From contig OZ024751.1 of NCBI GenBank assembly GCA_964016885.1, forward strand, positions 2,914,001 to 2,978,000: a stretch of DNA of 64,000 nucleotides, read 5' to 3'. The notes under the pieces are model-generated. The model was not told where the DNA came from. It ran no database searches and saw only the letters and a list, made by a program, of their open reading frames with translations. The stretch comes from Eledone cirrhosa. Its lineage: Eukaryota. Positions 61,738 through 64,000 of the stretch are shown piece by piece. The position numbers and the translations under genes are program-made. Positions within the stretch are counted from its first letter, which is position 1. The number at the start of each line of letters is the position of its first letter.

Positions 61738-62662
61738 CTATATATATATATATGTATATATATAAAATTAAGTATGTGTGTGTGTGTCTCTGTGAGGCAT
61801 AGGGGCCTACATCTTACGACCGATTTTCATGAAATTTTACAGGCTCATAGATTAGTCATCGTGGAGTGTTTTCTATGTATCAGCGTATCGTTTTTCTATT
61901 CCAGGGTTATTCTGCAGATAAAAATCGATAGGGGGAGTCACCTTTTGTTAGGTATCGAAAAATAAGATTTTTGGCTCTAGCTCCCACATTTTGCCACCGA
62001 TTTCGTTCAGATTTTAAAATAAAATAAAATTTATCATTGCACTTCCTGTAATGGCTTTATATTTTGCATTTGTTGTTCAGGGACGGCGTGGCAGCCACTT
62101 CAATATTCTAAAATACCACTTTTAGACTCAAATTTCCACTTTTTCGGCTCTAGCTCCCACATTAATCAACCTACTTTGTTCAAATTTTACACTACGCTAG
62201 AACTGATTATTTTACGCCTTAAAGTGGCTTTACATTTTTGATATTTTGCTCAGGAACGGCGTGGCAGCCGCTTAAATATTCGAAAATACCACCTTTTCGC
62301 TCAAATTTCCGCCTTTTCGGCTCTAGCTCCCACATTTTTCAACCGATTTCGTTCAAATTCGAAACTTTGGCTCCACCTCACACATAAATCAATTTATTTG
62401 GTTCAACTTTTATACTACGATAGAACCTATCATTGCACATCTTATAGTAGCTTTACACCTTGCATTTTTTGTTCAGGGACGGCGTGGCAGCCGTTTAAGT
62501 CTTCAAAATACGATTTCTTCCACCTCCCACATACTCAATATTTCGCCATTTACTACACCTTACGACCGATTTTCAAGAAACTCGCAGTCACTAAGATCAA
62601 CACCTTTTCATCAAAGCAGATATTATTTTACCTACCCAGGCAACGCTGGGTACTGCTGCTAG
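61738..62662 (+). mobile_element. Non-autonomous Helitron with internal ~173-bp repeats
   Basis: 5' (TA)nAAATT then (TG)n; 3' hairpin ACCCAG-GCAACG-CTGGGT and CTAG|T at 62659-62663. The 5' TC is not clearly visible. Confidence 0.75.
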
Positions 62663-63585
62663 TATAAATATATAGTTCTAATATCATACGACACTTTACA
62701 TATTCATGTATAACCATGACTCACATGTATAACGATGACTCTTGTGGATGTTAAACAAATGTTATAATGTCATACATTTCGGGGATGGTAGCTGTGGTGG
62801 TGGCTGAAGTGGTGTGGTGTGGTAATCGTTGAAGTAGTTGGGTGGCTATATTGGTGTGGTGGTGGTGGTTGAAGTAGTGATGTAGTCGTGTGTTGGAGGC
62901 TGTAGTGGGGTAGTGTAGTGATTGTATTGTTGTGGCGGCTGTAGTAGTTTGGTGTAGTGGTCGTTTTAGTTGTATGGTGGAGGGTGTAGTGGAGTGCAGT
63001 GGAATGGTGAGGTGGTAGCTGTAGCAATGGACTGGTTACTGTGGTTTGGTTTACTTTAGTTGTGGGAAGTGGTGACTGCATCCACCCCAGTACTTTACTG
63101 TTACTTTATGTACTTCAGAAAGATAAAAAGGCAGAGATCGTATTCAACAACGGTAGGATTTGAACTCACAACAGATTTTTATAAACATATTTTCAAAATT
63201 CCATCTTCAGCTGTTAACAGATAGGGGCTTGTTTTTGTTGTTGTTTGTTGAGTGGGATGAGGGAGCTGCCTACTGCTAAGATTTGTTTACATTTAACTCT
63301 ATTGAACTCTATTAAACTCAATTTGCTATCGTTAATCCGTGCTTCATTACACACTTTATTGATACTAAACCGCCGGAAACAGTTCGATACCAATCTATTC
63401 ATTCGAAAGTGTTTATATTAACTAAAAAAATCTTTCAAAATGATTTTATGTAAAGAAATTTTAGATTATGGTTATATATCCCGACACTTTATAATGTAAG
63501 AAATTTTATGAAGTTATGTTCCAAGCACCAGCTTAAGACTGAGAAGGTTAGTTATATTCGTACCCTCCTCCATTAAAAAAAAATC

Positions 63586-64000
63586 TTTAGAAATATGGTT
63601 ATAGAAAGGTTTAAATATCATTATGTCAGGTAGGCAGTGTCTTTCATTAGAAATATGGTAAGGAAAGGATTATGATGATGATGATGATGATCATTATGTC
63701 AGGTAGACAATGTCTTTCGTTAGTAATATGGTAAGGAAAGGTTTTAAATAACCTTATGTCGGGTAGGCAGTGTCTATCATTAGATATATGGTAAGGAAAG
63801 GTTTAAATATCATTATATTAGGTACGTAGTGTGTTTCATTAGAATTATGTTAAGGAAAAGATTAAATATCATTAAGGCAGGTGGGCAATGTCTTTCATTA
63901 GAAATAGGGTAACGAAAGGATTAAATATTATTATGTCAGGTAGGCAGTGTCTTTCTTTACAAATATGGAAGGGAACAGATTAAATATAATTATATCAGGT
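63586..64000. repeat. ~59-bp tandem minisatellite running off the window
   Basis: Units TTAGAAATATGGTAAGGAAAGGTTTAAATATCATTATGTCAGGTAGGCAGTGTCTTTCA. Confidence 0.9.

Overview
This is eukaryotic, repeat-dominated DNA with no recognisable host gene. The abundant tRNA-derived SINE with a 'GCCTTTCATCCTTACGGGGTCGATAAAATAAAGTACCAG' core and the microsatellite load suggest a coleoid cephalopod such as Octopus; this is inferred, not database-checked. Layout: 1-12400 is a GGT-rich minisatellite split by a near full-length, decayed RTE-clade LINE (minus strand, 7765-11435). 12400-26600 is a 14-kb (GT)n-GTCAGACTATAGT satellite with higher-order repeats. 26676-32268 is a decayed L1/Tx1-clade LINE. 32820-33430 is a head-to-head palindrome built from the 3' end of an RLE-type (R4/Dong-like) LINE. 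33704-39950 is a 6.2-kb segment with 57-bp TIRs and a 9-bp TSD, resembling a non-autonomous Mutator element, that carries palindromes, SINEs, a CR1 fragment and a 15-aa-repeat ORF. 43140-50600 is an RNase H-containing Ingi/I-group LINE interrupted by a full-length CsRN1-clade Gypsy element (449-bp LTRs, tRNA-Trp PBS). The remainder is nested hAT MITEs, non-autonomous Helitrons, SINEs and simple or tandem repeats. Almost all ORFs in the supplied track outside the TE coding regions are low-complexity artefacts. I found no clear new multi-gene system. The best leads are the MULE-like cargo element, the LINE-derived long hairpin, a possible truncated HDV-like ribozyme at the RTE 5' end, a Tx1 element in a (TCTG/CCTG)n target, and Gypsy LTRs with a non-canonical terminus.
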